Notes under the pieces: generated by a model
What the model saw: the letters and a program-made list of their open reading frames with translations, nothing else
What the model was told of the DNA's origin: nothing
Databases searched by the model: none
Shown here: piece by piece, positions 28,501-40,500 of the stretch
How positions within the stretch are numbered: position 1 is the first letter of the stretch
How the letters are laid out: each line of letters starts with the position of its first letter
Assembly (NCBI GenBank): GCA_965213675.1
Contig: OZ243916.1
Coordinates: 1,504,001-1,568,000, forward strand
Length of the DNA: 64,000 bases
Source of the DNA: an uncultured Candidatus Binatia bacterium
GTDB lineage: Bacteria > Desulfobacterota > Binatia > UBA9968 > JAJDTQ01
Direction of reading: 5' to 3'
Position numbers and translations under genes: made by a program

Positions 28501-31500
28501 TCGTCGTTGACCGCAATCGACGCCGAACCGCTGCTGCTCGACGGCGAGTAACCCTGGCCGCTGGCGATGGTGGCGGTGAGGCTGCCGTCCGGCTCGTCGG
28601 TGGTGTCGTTGTCGGTGGTGACGGTGAGGGTGCCGCTGCCGCCGGTGCCGATGGTGACCTGGCGTGATCCGGACTGGCCGCTATTGGCAAAACTGCCGCT
28701 GTCCACCACGTCGATGTTCACCGTGATCTGGCTTTGCGGCGCCGGGGTCGCGCTCAGGTTGAAGGTGGCCGTGCCGCCCTCGGTAATGGTGCCGCTACCG
28801 CTGATGCTCACCACCGGCGTCGCCGGGGGCGGGTCGTCGTTGTCGGTGATGGTGAGGGTGTGGACGGTTTGGCCGCCGAGCTGGTAGCCGCTGCCGCTGC
28901 CGCTGGTAAGGCTCAGTCGCACGGTTTCGTTGGGCTCATCCCTGCTGTCGTCGATGATCGAGACGGGAATGCTCGCGCTGCTTGCGCCGGCGGAGACCTG
29001 CAGGCTGCCGGCGCCGGAAATGCTGTAGTCGTTGCCGCCGCCCGTGGCGTTGCCGCTGACGTCGTAGCGCAGCGTGATGCCGGTCGTCAGCGCCGGGTCG
29101 AAATCGACTTGGATGTTGCGGGTGCCCGCGCCTTCGCCGGCGGTCGATGACGATGCGGTGAAGCTCGCCTCCGGCCGCGTCGCGTCATCGTTGTCCTGCA
29201 CCGTAATCGAGGCGGAGTCGAACACCGCGTCGGGGTCGTAGCCGTTGCCGGGGTCGACGGTCGCCGTGATGGTGCCGTTGGCCTCATCGTCGCTGTCGTT
29301 ATCGGTGGTGACGTGGAGGAAGCCGGTCCTGCCGCCGTTGCCAATGGTGACCGTTCTGGCGCCGGTCTGTCCGCTGTCGGCGAAGTCGCCGCTTTCGGCG
29401 ACGGTCACGTTTACGTCGATGCTGCCGCTCGGCGCCGGGGTGGCGATCACCCGGAAGCGGGCCGTGCTGCCTTCGGTGATCGCCCTTCCGGAGTCGGGGT
29501 AGATCGAAATCAGCGGCTGCACCTCGGTGTCGTCGTCGGTGATCACGACCACCATCTGTTCCGCGGTCACGTTCGCATACTCGCCTGTTCCCCGCACCTC
29601 GTGGTCGATGCGCACGACATGGTCGTGGGTGTCGGAATCCTGCATCGCGGTCACGGAGACGGGCTGTGGCTCGTTCCAGTTCCCGGGCGTGAAGGTGAGC
29701 GTGGTCTGGCGCGCCGGGGCATCCTGGCCGCTGTGTACCTGGGCCCTGCGCTCGTTCTGGCTGGTCGCGATCACCGTCACGTTCGCCGCCGGCGCACGGT
29801 TGAGCACCAGGCGATAGTCCTGGGGCTGGCCGCCTTCGGTGACGGGCAGGCTGACGGGGCGGACGGTGACGCCGGCCTGCGCTTCCTCGTCGTCACGAAT
29901 GGTGATCGTGGTCGTGGCCGGCGGAGGACCGTGGAGTTTCGTCCCATGGATATTGGTTCGAACGTTGCTTCCTCCCCGCGTCGTGTACTCCCGGGCGTAC
30001 CGAACCTCCAGACGGAAGGTCTCGTCCCGTTCGTAGTGGTCGTCCTGCGAGATGGGAACCGATACCGACAGCCGCGTTTGCCCGGGTTCGAACCAACTGA
30101 ATATCTCACTGTCAAACTGGGTGTCCCTTCTGCCGGCGGACTCGTATTCGTAATCGAAGACGCCAATGACCCAGCCTTCGAGCTCCTGGGAGAGCACAAG
30201 GACCACATCCAAGGTGCCGCCCTCGGTCACTTCGTAGTTGTCCCGCTCGAAGGCGATCGTGGGTATTTCGCTCAGGTTGAAGTCCACCGAGCCGCTACTC
30301 AACCCGCTGCCGGAGGCGCCGCCGTCGAGATTGGTGCCGGAATTGGCGTCGAGGGTACCGAGGCTCACCGTCACCGATTCGCTGCCTTCCTCGACGTTGT
30401 CCTCGATGCCGGTGATGGTCAGGGTCGCGGTGGCCGAGGCATTGGCGCCGCCGGTGAAGGTGACGCTCGCGTTACCGCTGTTGAGGTTGTTGCACTGCAC
30501 GCCCTGGGCGCTGGCGCAGGCGACCGTGTATTCGCTGTTGCGGTTGGCGACGCCGCCGAAATTGAGCGGCACCGTCAGCACTTCGGGGCTGACGAGGGCC
30601 CGGCCAAGCCCCAGGGTGAGGGTCTTGGTCCCGCCGTTTTCGGAGACGCTGCCCGTTGGCGCCGACAGCGTCACCAGGGTCGGGTCCTTGTCCACGATGG
30701 TGACGGTGGCGGTTGACTTCGCCGAATCGACACTGAGGCCCGCAATCGCACTCGGCAACGACAGCGTGGCGGTGAAGGTCTCCCGGGGCTCGTCGAGCAC
30801 GCTCTGGTCGATGCCGGGGCTCACCTGCTTACTCGACGCGCCGGAGCCGATGCTCGGGTCGGCGTTGTTGCCGCCGCTGCCGGTGCAGCGGGAGGTGCTG
30901 CGGACGACGCCGGTGAAATCGTCGCCGAAGGTGGCGCTCTCGCCCGCGAGGCAGACGCGGAAGCTGACCGGGCCGGTGCCTTCGGACAGCTCGGCGTTCA
31001 GGTTCACCGCGTTCGAACTCTCGTTCACGGTGACGGCGGTGGTCTGCCAGCCGATGGTGCGGCCATCGTTGATGGTGAGGTTGAAGCTGTTGTTGCTGCC
31101 GTGGGGGTCGGCGCCGCCGCCGACGTTGGTGGCGAGGGTCGAACGGTCGAAGCCGTTGGCGCCGCTGCCGTCGGGGCCGAGGGCGAGGGTCAGGGTCTCG
31201 CCGCCGCTCTCGGTGGTGCCATCCACGGTGGCGGTGAGTTCCAGGGTCGCCACCCGGGCGCCGGCGCCCGTGAAGCGCACATTCGGATTTTGCCCCGTCA
31301 CGTTGCTGAGCGACACGCCGGTGTTGGCTGCGCCGGCTTTCTTCGCGAGGTTCCAGTCGCCGGTGGTGATGTTGGTGCCGCTAGTGCTGAGCGGCACGTC
31401 GATGATTTCGCCGGCGACCAGCGCCCGCCCCAGGGTGACGGTGAACTCGGCCTTGCCCGCCTCGTAGATGGCGCCGCTGCCGACCCGGGCGAGGCTGACC

Positions 31501-34500
31501 ACGGTGGGGTCGTCGTCAACGATGGTGGCGGTCACCGTGGTCTTCGAAGTGTCGAGGCTGAGGCCGGTGACGGCGCTCGGCAGCGACAGCGTGGCGGTGA
31601 AGGTCTCATCGGGCTCATCGGTGGTGTCGCCGTTGACGGTGAAGGTCACCGCCTTGCTCGACTGACCGGACGCGATCTCGAGATCGGCGTTCGAGCCGCC
31701 GCTGCCGGTGCAGGCGGCGTTGCTGCTCGTGCCGAAGCCGCGGTAGTCGGCGGAAGCGCCGCGGCTGGCGCTGCCGTCGGCGAGGCAGACGCGGAAGGTG
31801 ACGGGGCCGTTGCCGGTGGAGAGGCTGGCGTTGACGCTGCCGGTAGTCTGCCCGGCATCGGTCTCGTTGATGCTGAGCGCGGTGGCGGACCAGCCGATGC
31901 TGCGCGGGTCGTTCACCAGCACCGTGAAGCGGTTGTTCGTGCCGTGGGGGTCGGCGCCGCCGCCGACGTTGGTGTCCGCGTCGTTGTCGAACTGCGTGTT
32001 GCTGCCGAGGGCGATGGCGTAGGTCTCGCCGCTGCCTTCGCCGATGCCGTCGGCGATGGAGGCGAGTTCCAGGGTCGCGGTCTGCGCCCCGGCGCCGGAG
32101 AAGCGCACCGTCGGGGTGGCGCTGTTCGTGTCCAGCAACGTGATGCCGGTGTTTGCGCCGGCCTTCTTCGCCATGCTCCAGTCGCCGGTGTTGACCCCGG
32201 TGCCGCCGATGGGCAGGGGCACGTCGATCGTTTCGCCGGTCACCAGCGCACGGCCCAGGGTCACGGTGAACTCGACCATGCCGCCTTCGTTGATGGCACC
32301 GCTGCCGGTGCGGGCGAGGCTGACCAGGGTGGGATCGTCGTCGCGGATGGTGACGTCCATGGTGGCCGGACTGATGCCGAGCCCCGCCACCGGCGTCGGC
32401 AGGGTGATGGTGGCGCTGTAGGTCTCGTCGGGCTCGTCCACGGTATCGACGACGGACTTGAACGACACCGACTCGGTGGTGTCGCTGGCGGCGATGGTGA
32501 AATCGGCGTTGCCGCCTGCGCCGGTGCAGCGGTCGGCGGCGGTAATGACGCCCTGGTAGTCGCTGCCCAGCGTGGCCGTGCCGTCGGTTAGGCAGACGCG
32601 GAAGGTCAGGGCGGCGGTGTCCGCTGAAGACAGCGCGACGTTCACCGTCCCGGCGGCGGCAGTCTCGGTGGTGGTCAGGGTTGTGGCCGCCCAGCCGACG
32701 GTGCGCACGTTGAGGCCGGCGTCCTTGAGCGTGATGCGGCCGTTGCCGGTGCGCCCGCCCGCGGCGCCGCCGTCGAGGTTGGTGGCGGTCAGGCGTGGGG
32801 TGCCGGCGGACGAACTGGTCGGGATGGACACCGTGACGATGTCGTCGCCGGCGTTGTCGTCCACCGCCGCGGTCAGCAGCACGCTGGCCACGGTAGCGCT
32901 CGTGGTCGGCCCGGCGAAGGTCAGCTCGCCGGTGGCGCTGTCGAAGGTCACGCCCGCGGGGGTCCCCGACAGGGCGAGGTTGAAGTCGGTGCCCAGGGTG
33001 CCGCCGGAGAATTGCAGCGGCACGATCAGGCTTTCGCTGCCTTCGAGCCCGCGCCCGAGCGTGATGCGAATCTCGGCGGTGTCGTTGGCGTCCGCTTCCG
33101 CCGCGTTGGTATCCGGCGTCGTCAGCGTCACGTCGGTGGCGGTGTCGTCGGTGATGTTGATGTCGATGCCGCTGTCGGCGCTGTTGATATAGCCGTCCGG
33201 CGGTGAGCCGAGTTCGATGCGCAGGGTCTCGGTGATTTCGTCGTCGTTGTCGCGGCGCGCCGTCAGGGTGGCGGTGCCGGTGGTGGCGCCGCTGGCGATG
33301 GTGATGTTCGCGGCCAGCGTGTAGTCGCCGGCTTCGGCGGTGGAGGAGGCCGCGAGGCGCTGCACGGGGATTCTGATCAACTGGCCGGACGGCGCTGCCG
33401 AGACTTCCGCCGTCACCGTCAGCGTGCCGCCCTCGGTCACCGCGCCGCTGTTGTTCACCGACAGGCTCACGTTGGGCGGCGGCGGGGTGTCGTCGTCGAT
33501 CAGCGCGATCTGGCCGCTGCCGGTGCGGGCGCCGCGCACGCCGCCGTCGAGGCCGCTGGCGGTCAGGCCCGGATTACCGTTGGTGGAGGCAGGGATGCTC
33601 ACCGTGACGCGTTCGTGGTTGGCGTCCTGATCGTTGCTCACCGTCAGGGTCAAGGTGACGCTGGTGGCGGTCACCCCGGCGGCGGGGCCGGTGAAAGTCA
33701 CCGCGGCGTTGGCATTGCCGAGATCGGCACAGGCGATGCCGGTGGGCAACGGGCTCGGGCAGGCAAGCGTGAAGTCGGTGCCGGGGACGCCGCCTGAGAA
33801 GCGCAGGGGAACCTTGAGGCTCTCGCCAGAAGCGAGTCCGCGATTGAGCGTCAGGGAGATGCTCGCGGTGTCGCTGCTGTCGCCTTCCATGGCGCTTGCA
33901 TCGGGGGTCTCGAGGGTCACCGAGCTGCGGTCGTTGTCGATGATGGTGACTTCGGCGACGTTCGGCGTGCCGGGGTCGTAGCCGGCGCTTTCGCCACCAC
34001 CGGTCACCCGGGCCCGAATCGCCCCGCTCGGCTCATCGACGCTGTCGCCGTTGGTGAGAATGGGCAGCGTTGCCGTGGTCCTGCCCGCGGCCATCGTGAG
34101 GTCATAGGGGACTTCGAGGGTGGCAGACAGGAAGTCCGAGTCCGGCGCGTCGCTCAAGGTCACCTGCACAGAGATTCTCTTTGCCGGCGCCCTGTTCATC
34201 GTGATAGTGAAGTTCGCGAAGCCGCCCTCGGCGACGGTATTGTTCGAGCTCGGCGTGATGGAGGCCTGGGGCAGACCCAGCTTGTCGTCGTCGAGAATGG
34301 TGAACGCCCGGGAACCGCTGACGCTCATGCCGCCGCCGAGCCCGGAGATGTCCGCGCTCTGGATTTCGGAAAGAGAGACGGAAACCGATTCGCCGGTACC
34401 CTCGTGCCGGCTGTCGTCCTCGGCATTGAGAATTACGGTGGCCGACGCCGCGCTCGAGCCGGTGAAGGTTACCGTGGGGGTGGCGCCTTCCAACGCATAG

Positions 34501-37500
34501 CTCACGCCGGATGGCGCGGCGCTGGGTGCAGCCAGGATGAAGTCGGTGCCGAGACTCGCCTTGCCGCTGAAAGCCAGCTTGAGCGCCACGCTCTCCCCCG
34601 CCACCAGCGCCCGGTTCAGCGTCAGGGTGAGCGTCTTGCTGCCGCCGTCCTCGGCGATGTTGCCGGCGGGGGCGGCGAGGGTCGCGCTGCCGCGGTCGTT
34701 GTCGTCCACGATGCGGGTGGCGCTGCCGGCCGTGGCGCTCACCGTGTAGTCGGCGTGGTTGGACAGGGTGACGGTGACCGTGCCGGCGGGTTCGTCAATG
34801 CTGTCCGCAAGGGTGGCCACGCTGATGCTTGCGGCGCCGGGCGTGGCGCCGCCGGCGGGAACGGTCAGGGTCTTCGCGCCGAGGTCGCCGCTGGCGACAT
34901 AGCCGCCGGTGGCGCTGACGTTGTAGTGGAGCGTCACGTCGGAAGTGATGTCGGGCGCGCTGAAATCGAAGGTCACGGCCTGGCCTTCCGTCCGGTTCCC
35001 ACCGGTGCCCGCCTGCACGCTCGCCGTCGGGCGAAACTCGTCATCGCCCACGAACAGGGTGACGCTGGGCGCGCTGGAGACGCCGGTGTAGCCGCTGACC
35101 TGGTGAGAGATCGTGACGTTCTCGTGGTTCCCGTCGTCGTCCTGCACCGCGGTCACGGTCACCGATCTCGGCGCGTCCCAGTTGCTGGAGTTGAAGCTGA
35201 CTGCGCCGGACACCGTCGCGGCGCCGGTGTCGCTCGAGGCCGGCGTCACCGTGACCGCGCCGCCCGGATCGCTGGCGAGTTCCACGTAGTAGGTGGCCGT
35301 GCCGCCTTCACTCGCCGCAAGATTGATCGGCGAGACGATGACGGCGTCGGCCGGAGTCACGCGCACCGACACTGACGGGACCGACACGCGCCAGAAGCTC
35401 GAATTCGGATTCGATGCGGCGATCCTGTGGTTCAGCGTCACGCTGCCGGCCGCCACGCCCTGCACGGTCACCTGTTGCGTGAGGCCGCGGCCGGGCCCGA
35501 AGGTCACGGGGCTGGGGCTCACGGTAATGCGGCCGCCGAGGCCCGTCGGCGTGACGGTCACGTTCGACGTGGGTTCGGTCGTGGAGGTGAGTGTGTAGCT
35601 GGTACTGGTGCCTTCCTTGACGGTCAGGCTGGTGGGCGAGACCAGAATGCGGCTGCCGGCGTCCTGGACGGTGACGGCCACCACGGGGCCCTGGTTGACG
35701 CCGGAATAGCCACTCACCGCGTGGGTGATGGTGGCGCTTTCGGAAGTGGTGTTGCTGTCCGTGTTGGCGGTGACGGTGACTCGCTGGGGAACGCGGAAAT
35801 TGCTGCTGTTGAAACTCAGCGCGGCGGACAGCGCGATGGCGCTGCTCGTCGTTTGCGGGGTGACGGTGACCGCTGCGCCCGGGTCGGTGTTCAGCCACAC
35901 ATCGTAGGTGCCCGCCGCGCCGTGCTCGACGGCGGTGATCGCCAGCGCCGACACCCGCACCCGGGCGGTGCCCGTCACGGTCACGTCCACCGGGGAAGGG
36001 GTGACGGCGGCGTAGGCGGTATCGGTGCTGGAGACGCTATGACTGATGCGCGCCTGGCCGCCGTTGACGCCGGAGACCTGAATGCTCTTGGCCGAGCTCC
36101 ACTCGGCCGGGGCGAAGGTCACGGCGTTGCCCACCGTGGCCGTTACCGTATCGCCCGAGGTTGGCGTGATGGTGACGCTCGCCGAGGGGCGGCTGTTCAG
36201 CCGGACGCTGTAGCTGCCGTTGGCGCCTTCGTTGACGCTGAGCGCGGTCGGGTTCACGGTCACGCCGGCGCCGCCGTCGATGATGGACACCGTGACACTC
36301 GGTGCCGTGGTAACCGAACCGTAGCCGCTCACGGTGTGGGTGACGGTGACGTCGTCATCGGTGAGGTCAGCGTCGGCCAGACTGGTCAGGTTCACGGGCT
36401 GCCAGTTGCTCCAGTTGCCGGTGTTGAAGCTCAGCGCGCCCGGCACGGTAAGGCGAGTGGAATCGCCGGACTGCGGCGTCACCGTGACCGTGCCCGAACC
36501 CGGGTTGGTATGCAGCTTCACGCGGTAGCTGACGGTGGCGCCCTCATTCACCGACAGGCTGTCCATGTCCACGTCCACTGCCGGTTGGGCGCCTGCATCA
36601 GTGAGCTGGATAGAGCCGCTGCCCGTGCCGCCGGCGCCGCCGTCGAGGCCCGTGGGCGCGATGGTGCCAAGCCGCACGTTCACGCTGCCGTCGGTTTCGT
36701 CCGTGTCTGCCAGTGCCGACACCAAGATGGTGGCCGCGCTCGACGCCCCGGCGCCGCCGTTGAAGGTGACCGTGGGCGGGCTGGCGGCCAGGTCATAGGC
36801 AACGCCGCTCGGGAGCGGGCTCGGGGGGCTGAGGCTGAACTCGCGGCCGATGCGTCCTCCGCGGAAGCTGAGCGCAGCGCTGACCGATTCGCCGGAGACC
36901 AGGGCGCGCGGCAGTGCGAGGCGGACAGTCGCCGTATCGCTGGCGCTGCTCTCGGTGGCGGTGCTGTCGGGCAGCGACAGCGTCACCGTGGTGCGGTCGT
37001 TGTCGCTGACCCGCACCGTATCGCTGGCGGCGGACTGCGCGGGGGTGTAGCCGGTGCCGCTCGCTACGGTGACCGTCACCTCGCCGCGAGGCTCGTCGTT
37101 GCTGTCGTTCACCGTCGCAACCTCGTAGGTCTTCGTCGTCGTGTGCGCCGGGATTTGCACGGTCTGGTTGCCCTGGTTACCGGAGGCGACGAAGTCCGCC
37201 ACACTGTCGTCGGTGACGTTCAGATTGATCGTGAGGGCCTGTTGCGGCGCGGGGCTCGCCTTGAGCATGAACACCGCATTGCTGCCTTCGGCGACCCGGT
37301 TGCCGCCCTCGATGCGAATGACCGGGGTGCCATCGTCGTCGGTGATGTCGAAGGTCGCGCTGCCGGAGCCGCTGGCACCGCCCGCGAGCCCCGTGCCGCT
37401 GGCGGTGGGACTGCCGAGACCGATGGTGACCGACTCCGCCTCGCCCTCGTCGACAAGGTCGGATGTGGCGGATAGGGTGAAGGTCGCCCTGCGCGGCGCG

Positions 37501-40500
37501 CCGTTGCTACCGTTGAAGGTGATGCGCGGCGCGTTGCCGGATAGCGCGTAGGTGACGCCGGCCGGTGGCGATGCCGGTTGCCCCAGGCTGTAGTCGCTCG
37601 CGCCGGCCGCACCGGATAGCGTGATCGGCACCGCCAGCACCTCGCCGCTGACCAGTGCCCGGCCGAGGGTCAGGGTGACGCGCTTGACGCCGCCGGTCTC
37701 GGGTATGGCGCTGCTCGATGCCGAGAGGGCAACGCCCGTGGGATCGTTGTCTTCGACCTCCAGGGAGGCGACGCCGGCGCTCGTGGATACCGTGTAGCCC
37801 GTACCGGATGCGAGCGAAACCGTCAGCGAACCCTTGGCCTCGTCCATGCTATCGGCCGTGGTGGCGATGCGGTGGATCACCGAACTCTGACCGGCGGGGA
37901 TGGTAACGGTCTTGCCCGAACCGACGGCGGCGGATGCGACGAACTCGCCCTGCTGGGACAGGGTGTAGGTCACCCGCAGGCCGCTCGATGGCGCGGCCTG
38001 AGTCGAATCAATGGTGAAGGCGGCGTTCCCACCCTCGGTGACGCCGCTGCCGGCGGTGATGCTCAACTCCGGCACCGCGGCGGCGCTGTCGTCGTCGACG
38101 ATCCGGAAACTCGCCACCGAGCCGCCGCCGGCAACGCCGCCGAGACCGGTCTGGGCAGTCGTGCCGCGGCTGACGGTAATGGTCTCGCCGGCGGCCTCCA
38201 CGGTCGTGTCCTGGGTGGCCGTCAAGGTCAGGGTTGCCACCCGGGATGCCCCGGTGCCGCCGGTGAAGACGACGGTCGGCGGACTGGCGCTCAGGTTGCT
38301 GCTGCCCAGATTGCTGAAACTGACGCCGCTGGGCAGCGGGGAGGGTGCGGCGAGCGTGTAATCGGCGCCAAACGTAGCCGTGCCGCCGAAGGTGAGCCGC
38401 TGGGTCAGGGTCTCGCCGCTGACCAGCGCGCGCCCGAGCGTCAGCTTGATTTCCTTGGCGCCGGAGGCTTCGGAGATGTTGCCCGCGGCAGCGGACAGGG
38501 TAACGTCGGTATTGTCGTTGTCGGCCACCGCCACCGACGCGCTGGCGCTTGAACCCGAGACCTGGTAGCCGCTGCCTGGATCGACGTTGACTGTCACCGA
38601 GCCGGCGGCTTCGTCCTGGCTGTCCGGGGCGGTGGGCACGTTATAGGTCGCCATGCCGCTGCCCGCGTTGATGGTGACCTGTTTCATGCCGCGATCGCCG
38701 GAAGCGACGTAGTCGCCCATCTGCCCCACGTTCAGGTTGACGGTCAGGTTATTGGCGTCGGCAGCGAGCGCGGGGCTGACGCTGACGGTAAAGCTCGCCG
38801 GCGTGCCTTCGGTGACGCCCGAATCGGGAGCGATGCTGACGGTGGGTTGGGTGTCCCCGTCGTCGTCGACGATCCGGAAGGTTGCCGGCGTGGCGCCAGC
38901 GCTCGATGCCCCGCCCCCGAGCCCGGTGCTGGTGGGCGTGCCGAGGGTGACGATCACCGTTTCGTCGTCGTCATCCACCAGGTCCGACACGGCACGGACA
39001 GTGACCGTCGCGAGGACGGAGCTGTTCGGCCCGCCGGTGAACACCACAGTGGGCGACGCGGTGGCGAGCCCTTCGTACCGGATGCCGGATGAACCCGCGA
39101 GCGGGTGCAGCCGATAGTCCGTCCCGAGGCTCGCCGTTCCACCCAGGCTGAGCGGCGCCGACACCGATTCTCCCGCCACCAGTGAGCGATCCAGTTGCAC
39201 GATGAACGTCTGGCCGCCTCCGGTTTCCGCGATACGCGTGCTTCCGGTACTCAGCTTGACCGTGGTGAGGTCGTTGTCTGTGACGGGAACCGTGGCGCTG
39301 CTGTCGCCGCCAAGGCTGTAGCCGGCGCCCGGTTGCAGCGTCAGGATGAAGCTGCCGTCCGGCTCGTCGGTGGTGTCCTGCGTGGTCGGAATGAGGACGA
39401 GGGCGCTACCAGTGTCCGTCGTGGAGATCGTGACGGAGGTCGGAAGCGCGCCAGTGGCGAAATCGCCGTTCTGCTCTACCGTGAACGACACCACAAGGTC
39501 GCTCGCGGGGGCCGGGCTCGCATTGATCGTGAAGCTGGCATCTACGCCCTCGGTGACTCCATTGGCGTTGGCGTTGCTTTCCACCGTGATCACCGGTGGC
39601 GCCGCGGCAAAGACGTTGACAGCCAGGTCGCCCGGCAGCGTAGCGCTAGCGTAGCCGCTGTCGGTGGTGGTGGCATGGGCGTGGCTGATGCTCGCCGCGC
39701 CCGCGGCGACGCCGGTGACCGTGACCGCCACGCCGCTTTGCCAGTTCGCCGACGGGATGGTGACCGAGCTCGGCACGGTGGCGATGGTGGTATCACCGCT
39801 CGTCAGGTCCAGCACCACGTTGCCGGCCGGCTGGCTGGTAAGCCGGATCCTATAGTCCACCGACTGGCCCGCCACGACATCCACCCGCGCCGCTGAGACC
39901 AGGAATCCGGCGCCGGCCTCGGTCACGCTCACGGAGACGTTCGATACCGAGGTCACCCCGGCGTAGCCGCTGATCGTGTGGCTGAGGGTCACGTTGTCGG
40001 CGGCGGTGTCGGCGTCCTCGGCGGCCGCCACGGTGACGCGCTGCCAGGTGCTCCAGTTGCCGTCGGCGCCGCCGGTGAAGCTGAGGCTGGTCGGCGAGAT
40101 GGTCACATCGGGGTTGTCCGACGCCGGGGTGATTTCCACCGTCGCGCCGGAGCCCGGGTCGGTGCCCAGCGCCATGCGGTAGGTCCTGCTGCCGCCCTCG
40201 GCGATGGTCAGGCTGGTCGGTTGTACTTCCACCCTGCCCCTGCCGCTCTCCCCCGTGTCGGTGACGACGACGAGCGCACTGCCGGAACCCACTACGCCGC
40301 CGCCAAGGCCGGTTGCGGTCATGCGCGGCGAACCGCTGGTTGAGCCGGGAATGGAGAATCTCACTGTCTCGCTGTTCTTATCCCCATCGGCATTCGCCTG
40401 GTAGGTCACCGTGGCGGTGAGCGCCGCACTGGTGCCGCCGGTGAAGGTCAGGTCGCGATTGTTGCTGAGGGCGATTCCCGTGGCCGTCGTCAGTGCCAGC

